This document shows positions 25,230-37,298 of a stretch of DNA of 64,000 bases, in pieces. The DNA comes from Squalus acanthias. Lineage: Eukaryota. The notes beneath the pieces were generated by a model. It was not told the origin of the DNA. It did not search any database and saw only the letters and a program-made list of their open reading frames with translations. The stretch lies in NCBI GenBank assembly GCA_030390025.1, contig CM059433.1:28460001-28524000 (forward strand), read 5' to 3'. Each line of letters opens with the position of its first letter. Within the stretch, counting starts at the first letter, position 1. The translations under genes were made by a program, and so were the position numbers.

Positions 25230-26100
25230 GGCCCAGAATTTGCTAGAGTGGGGCATCTTGTGGCATGCCTCGTTAGTTAAACTTTTTCCAGCATACTTTA
25301 ACTCAAAGAAAATTTGTGCCGTAACTTGCTGGAAGTGCGAGCTGATAATGGCGCAGAGAAGGCAACAGGCATCTGGGACCTGAACAAAGGGACCAACAGT
25401 CTATCTCAATTAATGAGATTTAAGGGTTGAGAACAAAACAGGAACAAAAGAGAAGGAAATAGGGTAAATTAGAGTCAATCAGATACAGAAAGAGAAATAA
25501 AGCTAGGGAAAGAAAGATTGGATTAAGAGACAGAAAGGAGAAATAAGAGAAAAATTTAAAATTTGGAATCTTAAAAATCTCCAACAGCAATTTATTACCT
25601 TTTTATTATTAATTTTTAATTTATTAGGAATGAGACTCTATGGTTTCAATTGTTGCATTTCTGGGCTAAGGTTGAGTGGTATTGTAGGAACATAAATCCC
25701 ATCATTAAAAAGAAAATTTCTGCTTTCATCGTCTGCTCATTCTCACCGGCTATTTCTCTTGCTTTTTAAATGCGCTTACACGTTTCAAGTCATTTACCTA
25801 ATGGTTTACATATTGAATCTTGTTCTTACGCTGTTAAGTACTAGCCCTAACTTTCTGCGGTGAGTTTAACGGGTAATTAAAGTGCAAATGCAGCAACTTC
25901 ATGAATCTCGCGGAGAGGTTAATGGTGAGCTGCTGTTTTCGCGAGGCTAACGGCAGAGCGGCGCAAATTGTCCAGCAATTTGTGGCGATTCACAACTCGA
26001 GGGGTATTTCTTCCTCGCCGCAAGTTGCTGGATGATTTCCACACTAATAACGGTGAGCGCCATTAAACTCGCTATTATTTTGGCAATAAATTTTTGGCCT
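25230..26100 (-). mobile_element. Non-coding TIR element (PIF/Harbinger-type MITE)
   Basis: Ends ggcccagaattt / aatttttggcct with att/att flanks. Its right end is homologous to the left end of 26774-27505. Confidence 0.72.
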
Positions 26101-26773
26101 ATTTTGCTGTATGAAAGACAGATAAATTTCCACATTCTGGAAAATAAGTACGATGCTTCGACTTGTCTTAATTTCATCAATTCTCCTGCTTTAGTCTTTA
26201 GTTTCTATCGTCTCAACCTGATCACGCAAGTTGCACCCCACGATGTAATAGATAAGCCCCACTACAGATAATTATTTTGCTCCTGATGTTTAAAATGATA
26301 CGAAGATCAAGCTGTGTAGTTGTCTCACTGTATGGGTCTGTGTGTAAAAAAAATAATCTATACAGTATGAATTATTAACTGCACGCACCAATACCAGACA
26401 GTGTATACGAGACTTGTAAACAGCATTGATAGAAGTGCTGGTGGCTCTTTTTCTGAAAATTCACATTGAAGATGGCAGTTATTATTATTGGGTTACACTT
26501 TTGACAGAATAATTATCATTTAAGTCAGGTGTTCTCTGCCAGCAATATCAAATTCGATTCCCAGTAGTAAGGATGCTGACAATGCTACAGAATAAGCTGA
26601 GCTGTTCAGACAGCTCCCAACCAATCTGGAGGTGGCAAACCTCTCAAAGTCCAGTGGGGGTTTGTGTAATAACAGTATCCCATCCAAATCTGTAATTGTC
26701 AAAGTCATTTTTCTTCTCGCTAGTTTTATTCTCTCGACCAATTTTCTCCCTTCCCTTCTGTCATAAAGCTATT

Positions 26774-27505
26774 GGACCAAATTTTGCAATAAGAATAACA
26801 GTGAGGCTAACGGCGCTCAACGTTATAAAGTGGTAAATCGGACAGCAACTTCTGGCATCCGCCCATGTTCAGTTAAACATGGAAATCTGGAAGTTGCTGT
26901 CAGATACCCTGCTGTTGCAGCCCTCGCCGATAGACTCGGCACTGAAATGAATGCACTGGCATGAACCTGGGGTGCTTGCCCACTAGTTCCGCACTGAAGA
27001 CGGCAAGAAAAGTTAGGCCTGGTGCATTCAGGAGTAAGTGAGTTTTTAATGGCATGATAAGTAATAATTATAGCCGAACAACCCCTCTGGCACTGAAAAA
27101 TTAATTTTACTACAAGTGTGAAGTCGCATTCCCTCAGAAGATAATTTAGTTATGGAGATTTTAAAAAAAAAATTAGATGGTTTTTACTTTCATCTCTCTC
27201 CCTTAAACCTATCCATATTTCCCAATCTTTATTTTGCTTTCTGTACATGATTTAAATCCAATTTATGTTTCATGCTGTATACTCCGTGGTTTGCACTCTG
27301 CATGTCTCAGTGAGGATTCTTCAATCCTTGCTGTTTCTTGTCCTGCTCAGAGATGCCACAGATCCCCTGTAGAGTGCGCTGCGCTGGATCAGACGCCCGA
27401 TGACAGCAAGTCTCCCCTCAAAAGCTTGCAAAAACTTTGTGGGCACCTGTCAGCGAGGTGAATGGTGAGCGCCGTTCCTTCATCGCTGACCACAACATCC
27501 AGGCC
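26774..27505 (+). mobile_element. Non-coding TIR element (PIF/Harbinger-type MITE), older copy
   Basis: Ends ggaccaaatttt / acatccaggcc with flanks att/aat. Hairpin cagcaacttc/gaagttgctg. Confidence 0.62.
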
Positions 27506-27554
27506 AATGACTCTTGGCTGGATTGCAGTGCCACAATGATACCTTGCTGCACGA

Positions 27555-27865
27555 AGGTCAATAACCAGAGGACTCAGATTTAAGGTACAGTAATTGGCAA
27601 AAGAACCAGAGGCGACATGAGGAAAAAAAATTTATGCAGCGAGTTGTTGTGATCTGGAATGCACAGCCTGAAAGAGCGGTGGAAGAAGATTCAGTAATAA
27701 CATTCAAAAGGGAATTGGATATATACATGAAGCGGGGGCGGGGGGGGAGGGAATTGCAGGGCTATGAGGAAAGAGCAGAGGAGTGGGCTAATTGGATTGC
27801 TCTTTCAAAGGGCTGGCACAGGCACAATGGGCAGAATGGCCATCTTCTGTGCTGCATCATTCTAT
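27555..27865 (+). mobile_element. CR1 LINE 3' fragment
   Basis: QRVVVIWNAQPERAVEEDS...FKRELDIY and tail. Confidence 0.85.
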
Positions 27866-28116
27866 TGCACAACCAGTTCCCCTTTTTATTGAAAGTGTTC
27901 AAGCAATAGATTAAGGAAATTCTGCTGTTGGAAAATAAATATCATAAGATTTTCCTTTTTTTTTCCACTTCTGTTTAAAATTGAGACCACGGCTCCCTTT
28001 ATTTCCACTTGTCTTTCCAAACCACACACCAACTGCAGCCGAGAGGGCCAATGAGTGCCCAGTGCTCAGGCTACTCCCAGTGTCGCTCAGAACTAGGTGC
28101 AAAGAGTTGGTCAATA

Positions 28117-28522
28117 AAAAGAAAGACTTGTATTTGTATAGCGCCTTTCACGCCCTCAGGATGTCCCAAAGCGCTTTACAGCCAATGAAGAACTTTTTTT
28201 TTTGAAGCGTAGTCACTGTTGTAATGTTGGAAATGCAGCAGCCAATTTTGCACACAGCACGGTCCCATGAACAACAATGTGATAATGACCAGATAATCTG
28301 TTTTTAGTGATGTTGGTTGAGGGAATAAATATTGGCCCAGGACACCAGGAAGAACTACCCTGCTCCTCTTCGAAATAGTTGCCATGTGATCTTTTACGTC
28401 CACCTGAGAGGGCAGATGGTCTCTGTTTAACATCTCATCCAAAAGACGGCACCTCCGACAGTGTCAGCCTAGATTTTGCACTCCAGTCTCTGGAGTGGGA
28501 CTTGAAACCTCAACCTTCTGGA

Positions 28523-28554
<32 letters not shown>

Positions 28555-28560
28555 GCTGAC
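28117..28560 (-). mobile_element. DeuSINE/SacSINE1-like SINE
   Basis: Full head (gtcagctgtggctcagtgggtagc on the reverse strand), body and tail. Confidence 0.82.
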
Positions 28561-30203
28561 GATGGACGATTCCATCCCATCCCTCTCCTTTCTCGTGTGG
28601 ATGCACAGGACCTCCACTTGGCCCCTTCCCCACAGCAATGTGACGACGATCAGGAACCCGCCATTGTAAGCAATTTCAGTTGTGAGCCATGTTCCCCATT
28701 CCATGGCACAGTGCTTTATTGCGCATTTCTAAACACATTTTTGGCAGTGCTGATCAAGAGGTGTTTGTTAGATGAAAAAACAATTCGCACTTTTTTATAT
28801 TTGAGAGAGAGAGACTTACCAAAGATGGGGTACACTCTTTGAGTACGCTGCCATTCAGTCCTGTTTTGAGTTAACACCCACATTGTAGACCTTAACGTGT
28901 TAGAACAACGCAAATTCCCTTGTTCCTCCTCACGTAAGGATCGCTTCAATTTCCTTGTGCTTATAATACAACCCTACAGCATAAAATGAACGAGGCTTGA
29001 AATGACTGTTGACATTTATGCCTCCCTGCATTTGTAGTCCAGAGATGTTGACGGGTATACAGTGCTCGTGTTTTAATTTAGCAGCATGGCCTCAGACCAA
29101 GAAGTGTCTTCAGGGTATTAGCATAACGCGGAGCAAGGGAGAGGTGTGAAATTTGTTTTATTTTACCTTCACTTTATTAAACGCAAAACAATAGCAGGTT
29201 TTATTCCCCTCGTGGGCGTACTATCTTAGATGGATTTCATTTAGTTGCTACCTGGCAGATGAAGGGGAGAACATACAGGTCAAACATTTAAAGAATTTGA
29301 CAGGTTTGAGCATCTGTATTGGCTAATAGTTAGATTAAAATCTTTCCATTCATTTAAGGTAGCCCGTTGAAGGAAATCACGATAACATTGATGTCAAAGG
29401 ATGAAAATTGAATTGCTAACCCATCCTTTTCACAGCTGCAGTTTAGCCAAGTTTTAACAATGTCATTTGCTTTGATCTCCTGCTGAGTGACATTGGCAGC
29501 GACACCTGTCAATACCTATACACTGGTATTCAATGACGGCTACCGGGAGTTAGAAATCTGAACAGTGCTTGCATTTGACAGCGCAAGCATCGTGAGTAAG
29601 GGACATCAACAAATGTTCAGAATTTTCCAGGAGGATGGTTATCTCCTCATTTCACCAATTTGGAGCGTGTTTGATCGGTGCGGAGTGAGTGCAAATTCTG
29701 TTAAGCAGCATAATAAAGGCACAACTTTGCAGATCCCAGCAGGTGTTGGAGGAAACCGATAAGGATGGCAGTTTACACAAAGGCAAATAGATTAAATTTA
29801 GCTTGAATTAGGAAACAGAGTGCATAACAAAAGCTACAGTGACACTGGTAATAGCTGCTCAGACTGGGGCCATTCATCCCCTTGTTCTGCTTAGCTTTTG
29901 AGAGAGTGAAGTTATTAGAATCATAGTAGAAATCCCACACAATGCTCCATTTATCTGCCGTCTCCGCTAGATTAAATGCTGTTGGTTGTAGTTGTGTTTC
30001 AGCTACAAGGTAGAATGTGTCAGATGAACTTGTAGCAAAATCAGACCAAAGTACGTTGTATATTTTTTTTCTTGCTGGTTGTGATTGCTATATTTACAAT
30101 GACACTATGGAGTTTTTAAATGTCTATTATTGCTATGCATTAATCCAGAAATTGGATATGCCAAGTTTTCTCAATAACTCTTTTTTTTTTCCTCCCCTTA
30201 CAG

Positions 30204-30272
30204 ATTCTGGATTTAGTCAAGGGGATGCATTACCAGCTGGCCTGTCAGAAATACTTTGAGCTAACCCACAAT
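30204..30272 (+). CDS. PRIM2: DNA primase large subunit, penultimate coding exon ([23 protein letters not shown])
   Basis: 69-bp phase-0 exon after a long pyrimidine tract plus cag, with gtaagg donor. Contains the HYQxAC Fe-S ligand motif. Confidence 0.97.
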
Positions 30273-31471
30273 GTAAGGACATGTTTAATTTCCACTGCAC
30301 AGTAATGAGAGTGGCTTTGTCAGCCTTGGGAAGTGACCGTAACTGGTGCATGAAAGTTACAGTCTCAGAAGAGTACTCGCATCCATCATTAGCTGTCATC
30401 ATTTGTTAATTTTTACGGTTTTATTACTGAGGCACGATTCCTTGCATTTTATATTTCACAGCAACATTTTATAGTTTGCATATGTTTTTTGGAGAATGGG
30501 AAGGAAGAAATTGAATACTTAAAATTACCTTAAAATCCAAAGCAATAACTAGGCGAATATTTCCTTTCAAGGAGTTAAAACCACAATTACTTGCAGTGGG
30601 TATTGTCAGCTGAGATCACATTTTATATTAATAGATAATTAAATCGCACAAGCCTTTTACTAGACCATTTATCAAAATGACAAACGTTTTCTCGGGGCCT
30701 TCTATGGAGGATTATCTCCCACTTCATTCTTGAGCAGAACGCTAAAAACACAAATGTAATGATGCAAATTATTGTCGGGGGGGGAAAAGTTACGATCGAG
30801 AAGTGACCATGAATCAAACCTTGCGGACAGTCAAGCTGCTGGTTCAGTAGTGGAGCTGACACTTTGCCATGTAAGGATTCAAAGTGTAGTTCACCACTGT
30901 ATAACCTGTCAAATGCATTATTGTGATTTTTCTTCTTGAACCGCACAGAGGACCACTTTACTGTGAGGTGAAGCGGAGTACTAAGATGTGCTCAAAGAAG
31001 TAAAACAATAACAACTTGCATTTATATAGCGCCTTTAATGTAGTAAAACGTCCCAAAGCACTTCACAGGAGCATTATCAAACAAAATTTAACACCGAGCC
31101 ACATGAGAAATTAGGACAGGTGACTAAAAGCTTGGTTAAAGAGGTAGGTTTTAAGGTGCATCTTAAAGGAGGATAGAAAGGGTAACGTGCTATCAAATTC
31201 TCCATTTATTTTTTTCCAAAGCTACTGTTCACAACCACCAAGTCAGTCAAAATAACTTCTTCACTTTTTTCTTCCAAAGATTTCCTTATTGGCTCAGGTC
31301 AGCATGTACAGCTAAAAATATTTATAATGTAATAAACAAATTATGTAATTCAAGGAGAAAAAAAACCTCACTGAACATACCCATAAAATGAGTTCTTTAC
31401 TGTTAGAGAGGCCTCCATGAAGCGCTTCCCCCATAGGCTTGCCTTGCATCTCCGTTCGGCCTCAGTACAAA

Positions 31472-32239
31472 GACCGGAATTTTAATCGGGACACGGCTTG
31501 GGAGCAGGGGGACTCCGAAGTAGTCGGGAAAGCCGTGAGAACAGGTTTCCCGTAGGCCCTGCTGAATTTAACAGCAGGGTCTTCTTGGCATTTCAAAACT
31601 CTGTTTCCCACCCGCAGCCAACCAGATGGAGAGGCTGGCTGGCTGCGAGCGGATAGGCCTGCGGCACTAGGCTGCAGAGAGGAGTGGAGGGAGGGATCGG
31701 GGAGGAACATTGGGGGAGGGAGGGAAGCATTAGGGCCGGAGCATGGCGGGGGTGGGGGGGCAGCAGGAGGAGGGGCGGAAAGCATCAGGGCTGGCCTGAG
31801 GTTTATTGTTGGGTGGGGGGGGAAGGAAAGAATTGGAGGCCTTGGGTGTGGGGGGTGGCGGGGAGGAATCTGGGGCCTTGTGGGAGTCTCTGATCGCGGA
31901 GGGTGGTCGAGGCAGCGATGCTGGATTCAGGAGGTAAGTGTAAAGGCACTTCCCTCCTGGATCCAGCCGTCCTTACCTTACTTTAGCTGGCAGGTTCCCC
32001 GAGGCCTGAGGAAACCCAACCAGCCACTGTTAAATTTGAAATGCTGGTTAAATCTGAGGCACACCAGCCTCATTATAATATTTAAATGGGCGATGCACCT
32101 CTTGGGAGCGGGTTGGCTACCCGCCCCCCGTCCTGCCTCCGTTAAAACCGGAAGTAGGTGGGTTGGGGTCGGGCTTCAGTTTTTTAACACTTTAACCTCC
32201 CACCCGACTCACCCGATTTTTGGGGTTAAAATTCCCCCC
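31472..32239. mobile_element. Non-coding TIR element (PIF/Harbinger-type MITE) with G-rich core
   Basis: Ends gaccggaattttaa / ttaaaattcccccc with 3-bp flanks aaa/aaa. Confidence 0.68.
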
Positions 32240-32954
32240 AAAATTTCACCAGGGCTTGAGCACTGGGAAAGTTTTAGCTGCTGCAGAGACATTTTCTGTG
32301 TGGGAAAGATGCATCATGGGAGTCGTACATTCGACCCAATTCTTGTGGAACAACAGTACCCAGAATGCATTGTGACGGGCAGAGATTTATCAAGGTTTCC
32401 CCAGGCAGTACTCCAAGACGGTTCAGTAAGAACTACAACTCCACTGTGGGGAAATAAGGAGGAGGAAAAATATGTTTTATAATCATATAAATAACTTGAA
32501 AAGGAGGACCATTTTGGGAAGAATACACAAATTAAGTACCAGCATCTTAAACAGACACTGCAAACTCACTCTGGCAGGTAGAGGGATAATAATCGAAACT
32601 TTACAATGGCAAATTTTTGGGTTGGGCAAAACCGAATAACTTTATAGTTTCATAAATTCGTTTTATAGAGTGGTGGGTAAATAGTATTGCAGATATTATG
32701 TATGAGTCCTGTGCGTTTAAGTTTCAGTATTTTTGTAATATTCTTGCTTTGTGTCGGGCATGATGCATTGCTTCAGTAAATTCGTTACATTTTAGCAATG
32801 GCAGGCCCCAGGCTGCCCCGGTGAGCAATGCCACAGTATATCGAGTGATTACAGCTTCAATTTTTCCTTGATTCACGAAGGCAAAATGTTTCAATTTTGT
32901 TTTTAACGTTGATTGGGGAGAATTCTCCATGTTAAGAACATACTGTCTCCCCAA

Positions 32955-33318
32955 TCGGGTTGCCAGCCCTCCAGGATTGCCCTCGAGTCTCCAGGAATTG
33001 AAGACTAATCTCCAGGACACTGGTGCGAGCAAACCTGGGAGAAAAATCATAGGGGCAGTAAAAAAAAAAAATTACATCATCTTTCAACATTTTTGTTTAT
33101 TAGTTATAAAAATATCGGACATGGGGGGGGAAAGGCTGTTGACAGACAGTGACGAATCATCCAATGATTCACTTTCCAATTGGCGTGGGAAGGCGGGACA
33201 CCATGATGATGGACATGTCGAACAGCCAATGGGGGGAGTGTAGGGGCGGGGCAATTGGAGGCAAGCGGTCATGTGTTAAAACTTCCCGGAATATGTCCAA
33301 CCAGAGTTGGCAACCCTG
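32955..33318 (+). mobile_element. Non-autonomous hAT (Blackjack-like) MITE
   Basis: TIRs tcgggttgcca / tggcaaccctg and a perfect 8-bp TSD ctccccaa. Confidence 0.88.
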
Positions 33319-33875
33319 CTCCCCAATGGCGCTAAAACTTTGCAACTGTTTTGTCCCTGATCCTTGAGATTCTACATCAACAGAATTCCCTACAACAGTC
33401 ATTGGAGTTCTTATAAAATCATTTTCTAGCCAGTCCTCCTTTTTCTCCCCCACCCCACATCCCCACCCCTTCCCTCAGCCATCTCTTTCTTTAGATGCGT
33501 TCGCTCTCTCTGGATTCCCAACCATGAGAGCTGTGAAAATATGTAAGCGTGTGTTAAAATATTTTAAAGTGGTTTAAATGGCCAAGTATCCCAGAGTTCA
33601 ACAATTTCAGATCATAACCTTGGCCCCCACCACATATATATATACATTTTATCCACCCTTTTGGTTCGTGCCTTTTTCCTTTTTTTTCTCTCTCTCTCCC
33701 CCTACGGCAGCTGTCTCTCATTCTGCCAGCATTTCACACTTCACCTTTTGTTTCTTAAACCTGTCCCATTACCATCTCGTCTTGCCTTGAGCATCTCTTA
33801 ATGTCTCTACTTACCATAGTTATCCCCCCCCCCCCCCCTTGCATTTTTATCTGTTTCATTTCCTGCTCCTTTCTC

Positions 33876-33911
33876 AGTTCTGACGAAGGGTTTCGACCTG
33901 AAACGTTAACT
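33876..33911 (+). ncRNA. Minimal type I hammerhead ribozyme motif (Penelope-associated, ACGU family)
   Basis: agtt-CTGACGA-a-[ggt...acc stem II]-GAAA-cg-TT-aact, followed by the family tail to ~34005. Confidence 0.7.
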
Positions 33912-34114
33912 CTGTTTCTCTCTCCACGGATGTTGCCTGGCCTGCTGAGTTTTTCCAGCGTTTTCTGTTGTTGTTTCAATTTTCCAGCATCCGCAGTATT
34001 TTGCTAAAGTATCCCAGCGTGCTTTGTTCCAGCATTTTAGCCAGAGAGCGATTTATGAAGGAAGGGGGTAGGGATTGATTTTTTGTCTTGATGCTTTCGA
34101 TCAAAGGAAGATGA

Positions 34115-34354
34115 GAAACATAGAAACATAGAATCTAGGAGCAGGAGTAGGCCATTCGGCCCGTCGAGCCTGCTCCGCCATTCAATACGATCATGGCTGA
34201 TCATCCAAATCCAGTACCCTGTCCCTGCTTTAATCCCCACAGTACACATATCCCACCCTACCCCTGTAACCCCACGTATTTAATTCCCCCTAACATATCC
34301 CATCCTATCCCCATAACCCCACATATTTAATCCCCCCCTAACACTAAGGGTCAA
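34115..34354 (-). mobile_element. 5'-truncated V-SINE (HE1-like)
   Basis: Near-identical to the 3' half of the copies at 19724 and 21666. Confidence 0.88.
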
Positions 34355-34967
34355 CGAGAGACAGAGAATACTGAAGTTTCCTTTGGCTGTAACTCCCAGG
34401 TCAAGAGGTGACCCTTGCCTCGATAAGAAAGTTGGTTGCTTGGAGACCCACATACCCAACATGGGAAAACTACTCTCCCTTGCAGATCTTGACTGCCATA
34501 AAATAACTAATGCTTTGGTAATGGAGCCTTACTCGCTTTATGGAGATGTACAATCTGTGTCTCGATTCCATGAACCATCCCATTCCCATAGTCTGCTAAA
34601 CCAGAGCTAGAATGATGTGATAATTTACGACTAGAAGATGAGAACAGGGGTGTGTATGTGCAGCCTAAGGTGATCGAATAGTATAAAGATAGAGCTTTCC
34701 CTCTTTGAAAGTTAGAATTCTCGGGACGGTCGGAAGTCCATAGCCACACAGTCAGCCTAGACAGCCGGGTCTAATCACTCCGGGCCTGGGAACCAGGTTG
34801 TATTACTTGCATGTCATCTTGTCATTTAATAAAAGACTGCAGAATGGTTACATAAAACTAATACTGTTATTAGTCAATATATCTTGAAGCTTGTTGTTTG
34901 AAACCACGAGAGCCAGAATCAAGCAAAGTTATTATTGCAGGATAAACAACCCTTTGTTGCGACAGAC

Positions 34968-35295
34968 CCCCCTCCCCCCAAAGATATCTGCGCTTCTCTA
35001 ATTCTGCCCTCTTAAGCATCCCTGATTATAATCGCTCAATCATTGGTGGCCATGCCTTCTGTTGCCTAGGCCCTAAGCTCTGGAATTCCCTGCCTAAACC
35101 TGTCCGCCTCGCTACCTCTCTTTCCTCCTTTTGAAATGCTCCTTAAAACCTACCTCTTTGACCAAGCTTTTGGTCACCTGCCCTAATTTCTCCTTATGTG
35201 GCTCGGTGTCAAAGTTTTTGTCTTTTAATACTCCTGTGAAGCGCCTTGGGATGTTTTACTACGTTAAAGGCGCTATATAAATGCAAGTTGTTGAT
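34968..35295 (+). mobile_element. L2 LINE 3' fragment
   Basis: High similarity to the reverse complement of 50474-50810. Confidence 0.9.
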
Positions 35296-35940
35296 GTTGA
35301 CAGTAACCACGGTAGAATTAATCTAATGGTCTTTCAGTATGTTACAAATTAAGACTGAGAGAATATTTGTAGTTGCCTAACAACAAAACATGCTGCATTC
35401 CCAGACCATGTTTAAAAAATGTTGAACTATTAAGAGATGCTGAAAGACATTCTTAACTGAAAATGACATTTAAATAAGTGAAATTTGGTTTTAAGCTATG
35501 GTTCTGTCAACCGCATTGATTTAGTTCTGTAATGGAAGTTCCCTCCTGGCTGTTTGAATCTGTGTCCTTTGTTGGCACAGGTTTTCAGCTTGTGCCTTTA
35601 CTGGAGAATGAGTTGCTCGTGTCAGCTCTCACTTTGCTTACCCAAAGGCATGACCAGAGGCTGGAAAGGTCTGTCTACATCCTGCTGATTCTTGGCTCTC
35701 AATGTGTGTGGCTGCTAAGACCTGACTGCAGTAGTATCCTGTGGATTTTACTTTTTTCTATTATCTGCTGTCTGCTTAATATTCCTTGAATTTCAAAAAT
35801 AGTAAGGAACAAAAGTGTGCGCACTTTGTGGTTATTTTAACCCAGTGATCATTTACTGAGGAACAGGCAATTCAGTACCATTTGAGCTTGGAAACTTTGA
35901 ATCATACAACACAGAAGGAGGCCATTCGGCCCATCGTGCT

Positions 35941-36320
35941 TGCATATAGGCACAGCATATATAGTCAGAGAACACTGCCAGATGATTACAGTTAATCTTT
36001 CTAACTGCCCTTTATCACACCTCGGCAGAGAGATAATCACGGCAATCAAAGGTGTGGATGGTGTCCAAACAGGTCAGTCAGGAAAACATTACATCAAAGA
36101 CAATGAGGTGGGAGGGCAGTTAGAAAGATTAACTGTAATCTACTGGCAGTGTTCTCTGACTATATATGCTGTGCCTATATGCATCTCTTCACTTCACCTG
36201 ACGAAGGAGCAGCGCTCCGAAAGCTTGTGATTTCAAATAAAGCTGTTGGACTATAACCTGGTGTTGTGCAACTTCTCACATTTGTCCACCCCAGTCCAAC
36301 ACCGGCATCTCCACATCACA
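35941..36320 (+). mobile_element. Penelope-like element 3' end (pLTR) with a 71-bp inverted duplication
   Basis: Arms at 35941-36011 and 36113-36183, followed by a hammerhead motif and the aataaa-gttggactataacctggtgttgtg tail shared with 46053-46449. Confidence 0.8.
36194..36230 (+). ncRNA. Minimal type I hammerhead ribozyme motif (Penelope-associated, AGCU family)
   Basis: tcac-CTGACGA-a-ggagc-agc-gctcc-GAAA-gc-TT-gtga. The core is intact and stems I and II pair. Confidence 0.82.
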
Positions 36321-37055
36321 TCAACTTCAAAAGTAACTCATTGGTTAAGTGCTTTGAGGCATCGTGAGGCTTTGAGCAGGGTTATATAAATGCAAGTTAT
36401 TTTCTTTTAGTTGGAAATTGTTAATTTTGACTTTGACAGGTTAAATTGCAAGCTGAGTTTTCCCAGATTAAATGAATTTTAGGCTTTTAAAAAAGTGGTT
36501 AGAATATCTAGGTCTAAGACTTTTTTTTAAAGTCTGCTATTAAAAGTAGAACATGAACGGCTGTGCTGTAACCGTTTGATGTAAGTTGACCTATAAGAAA
36601 CACAAGTTTAAATTGAGCTCTCGTTGGAATACATAGGTATTGGACTTGTAGAGTGACAGTAAATTATTGTGATTTGGAATTTTTGCAAAGTAAAAGAGAC
36701 AAAGAATTTATTAGTTTGTTAAAAGCATTTTCCATTATTTCTTGAAATTACTCAGCAAGTCTAATTTTATTGCATTATTTTAGCATAATCACAACCAGCA
36801 TAACATTTTCTGGTTTTTTTAATGTAGTGAAATGTCACTCTAATCCTCAGTTTGTTTTCCTCATTGAATTCTTTAAATAACGTTTTAAAATTAAATTGCT
36901 GGAAATATTAAGCTTTCACTATTCTTAAAGATACTTAATGACTTGCTGTGTAGTTTGGGCATTTTCTCTTTGAAACTTATACTTCAATTTGTTTTAAGTC
37001 TTAATGTATAACTTGAAGTCACCAACTTTCCTTATTTTTTCCCTCTGCCTTTTAG

Positions 37056-37298
37056 ATTGAAGAAGTAGGATTTTCCCTAAGTCATCCAAATCAGTATTTC
37101 ATTGAGAGTCAGAAACTTCTCAGCGGCAGCCGAGATATAAAGAAAGAGGCCAGCCAGCCAGAAAATTCGCAGCGTAGCCAAGGCAGCCAGCCTGCAAGAG
37201 GCACAACAAGCACCTCCGTCTCCAAACTTGCGAACCAGCCAGCGTCAACTGACATGGAGGGTTTAGAAGAGCTTCTCAGTGAAGGGTACACTGAGTGA
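37056..37298 (+). CDS. PRIM2: DNA primase large subunit, last coding exon (IEEVGFSLSHPNQYFIESQKLLSGSRDIKKE...DMEGLEELLSEGYTE*)
   Basis: Pyrimidine tract plus tag acceptor, then 80 codons and TGA. HPNQ(Y/F)F.ESQ and DMEGLE match the vertebrate PRIM2 C-terminus. Confidence 0.96.
   Translation: MEEVGFSLSHPNQYFIESQKLLSGSRDIKKEASQPENSQRSQGSQPARGTTSTSVSKLANQPASTDMEGLEELLSEGYTE

Noticed and set aside
31880..32482. 200-aa ORF
   Set aside because: It starts inside a GC-rich MITE, runs out into flanking DNA and has no recognisable domain.
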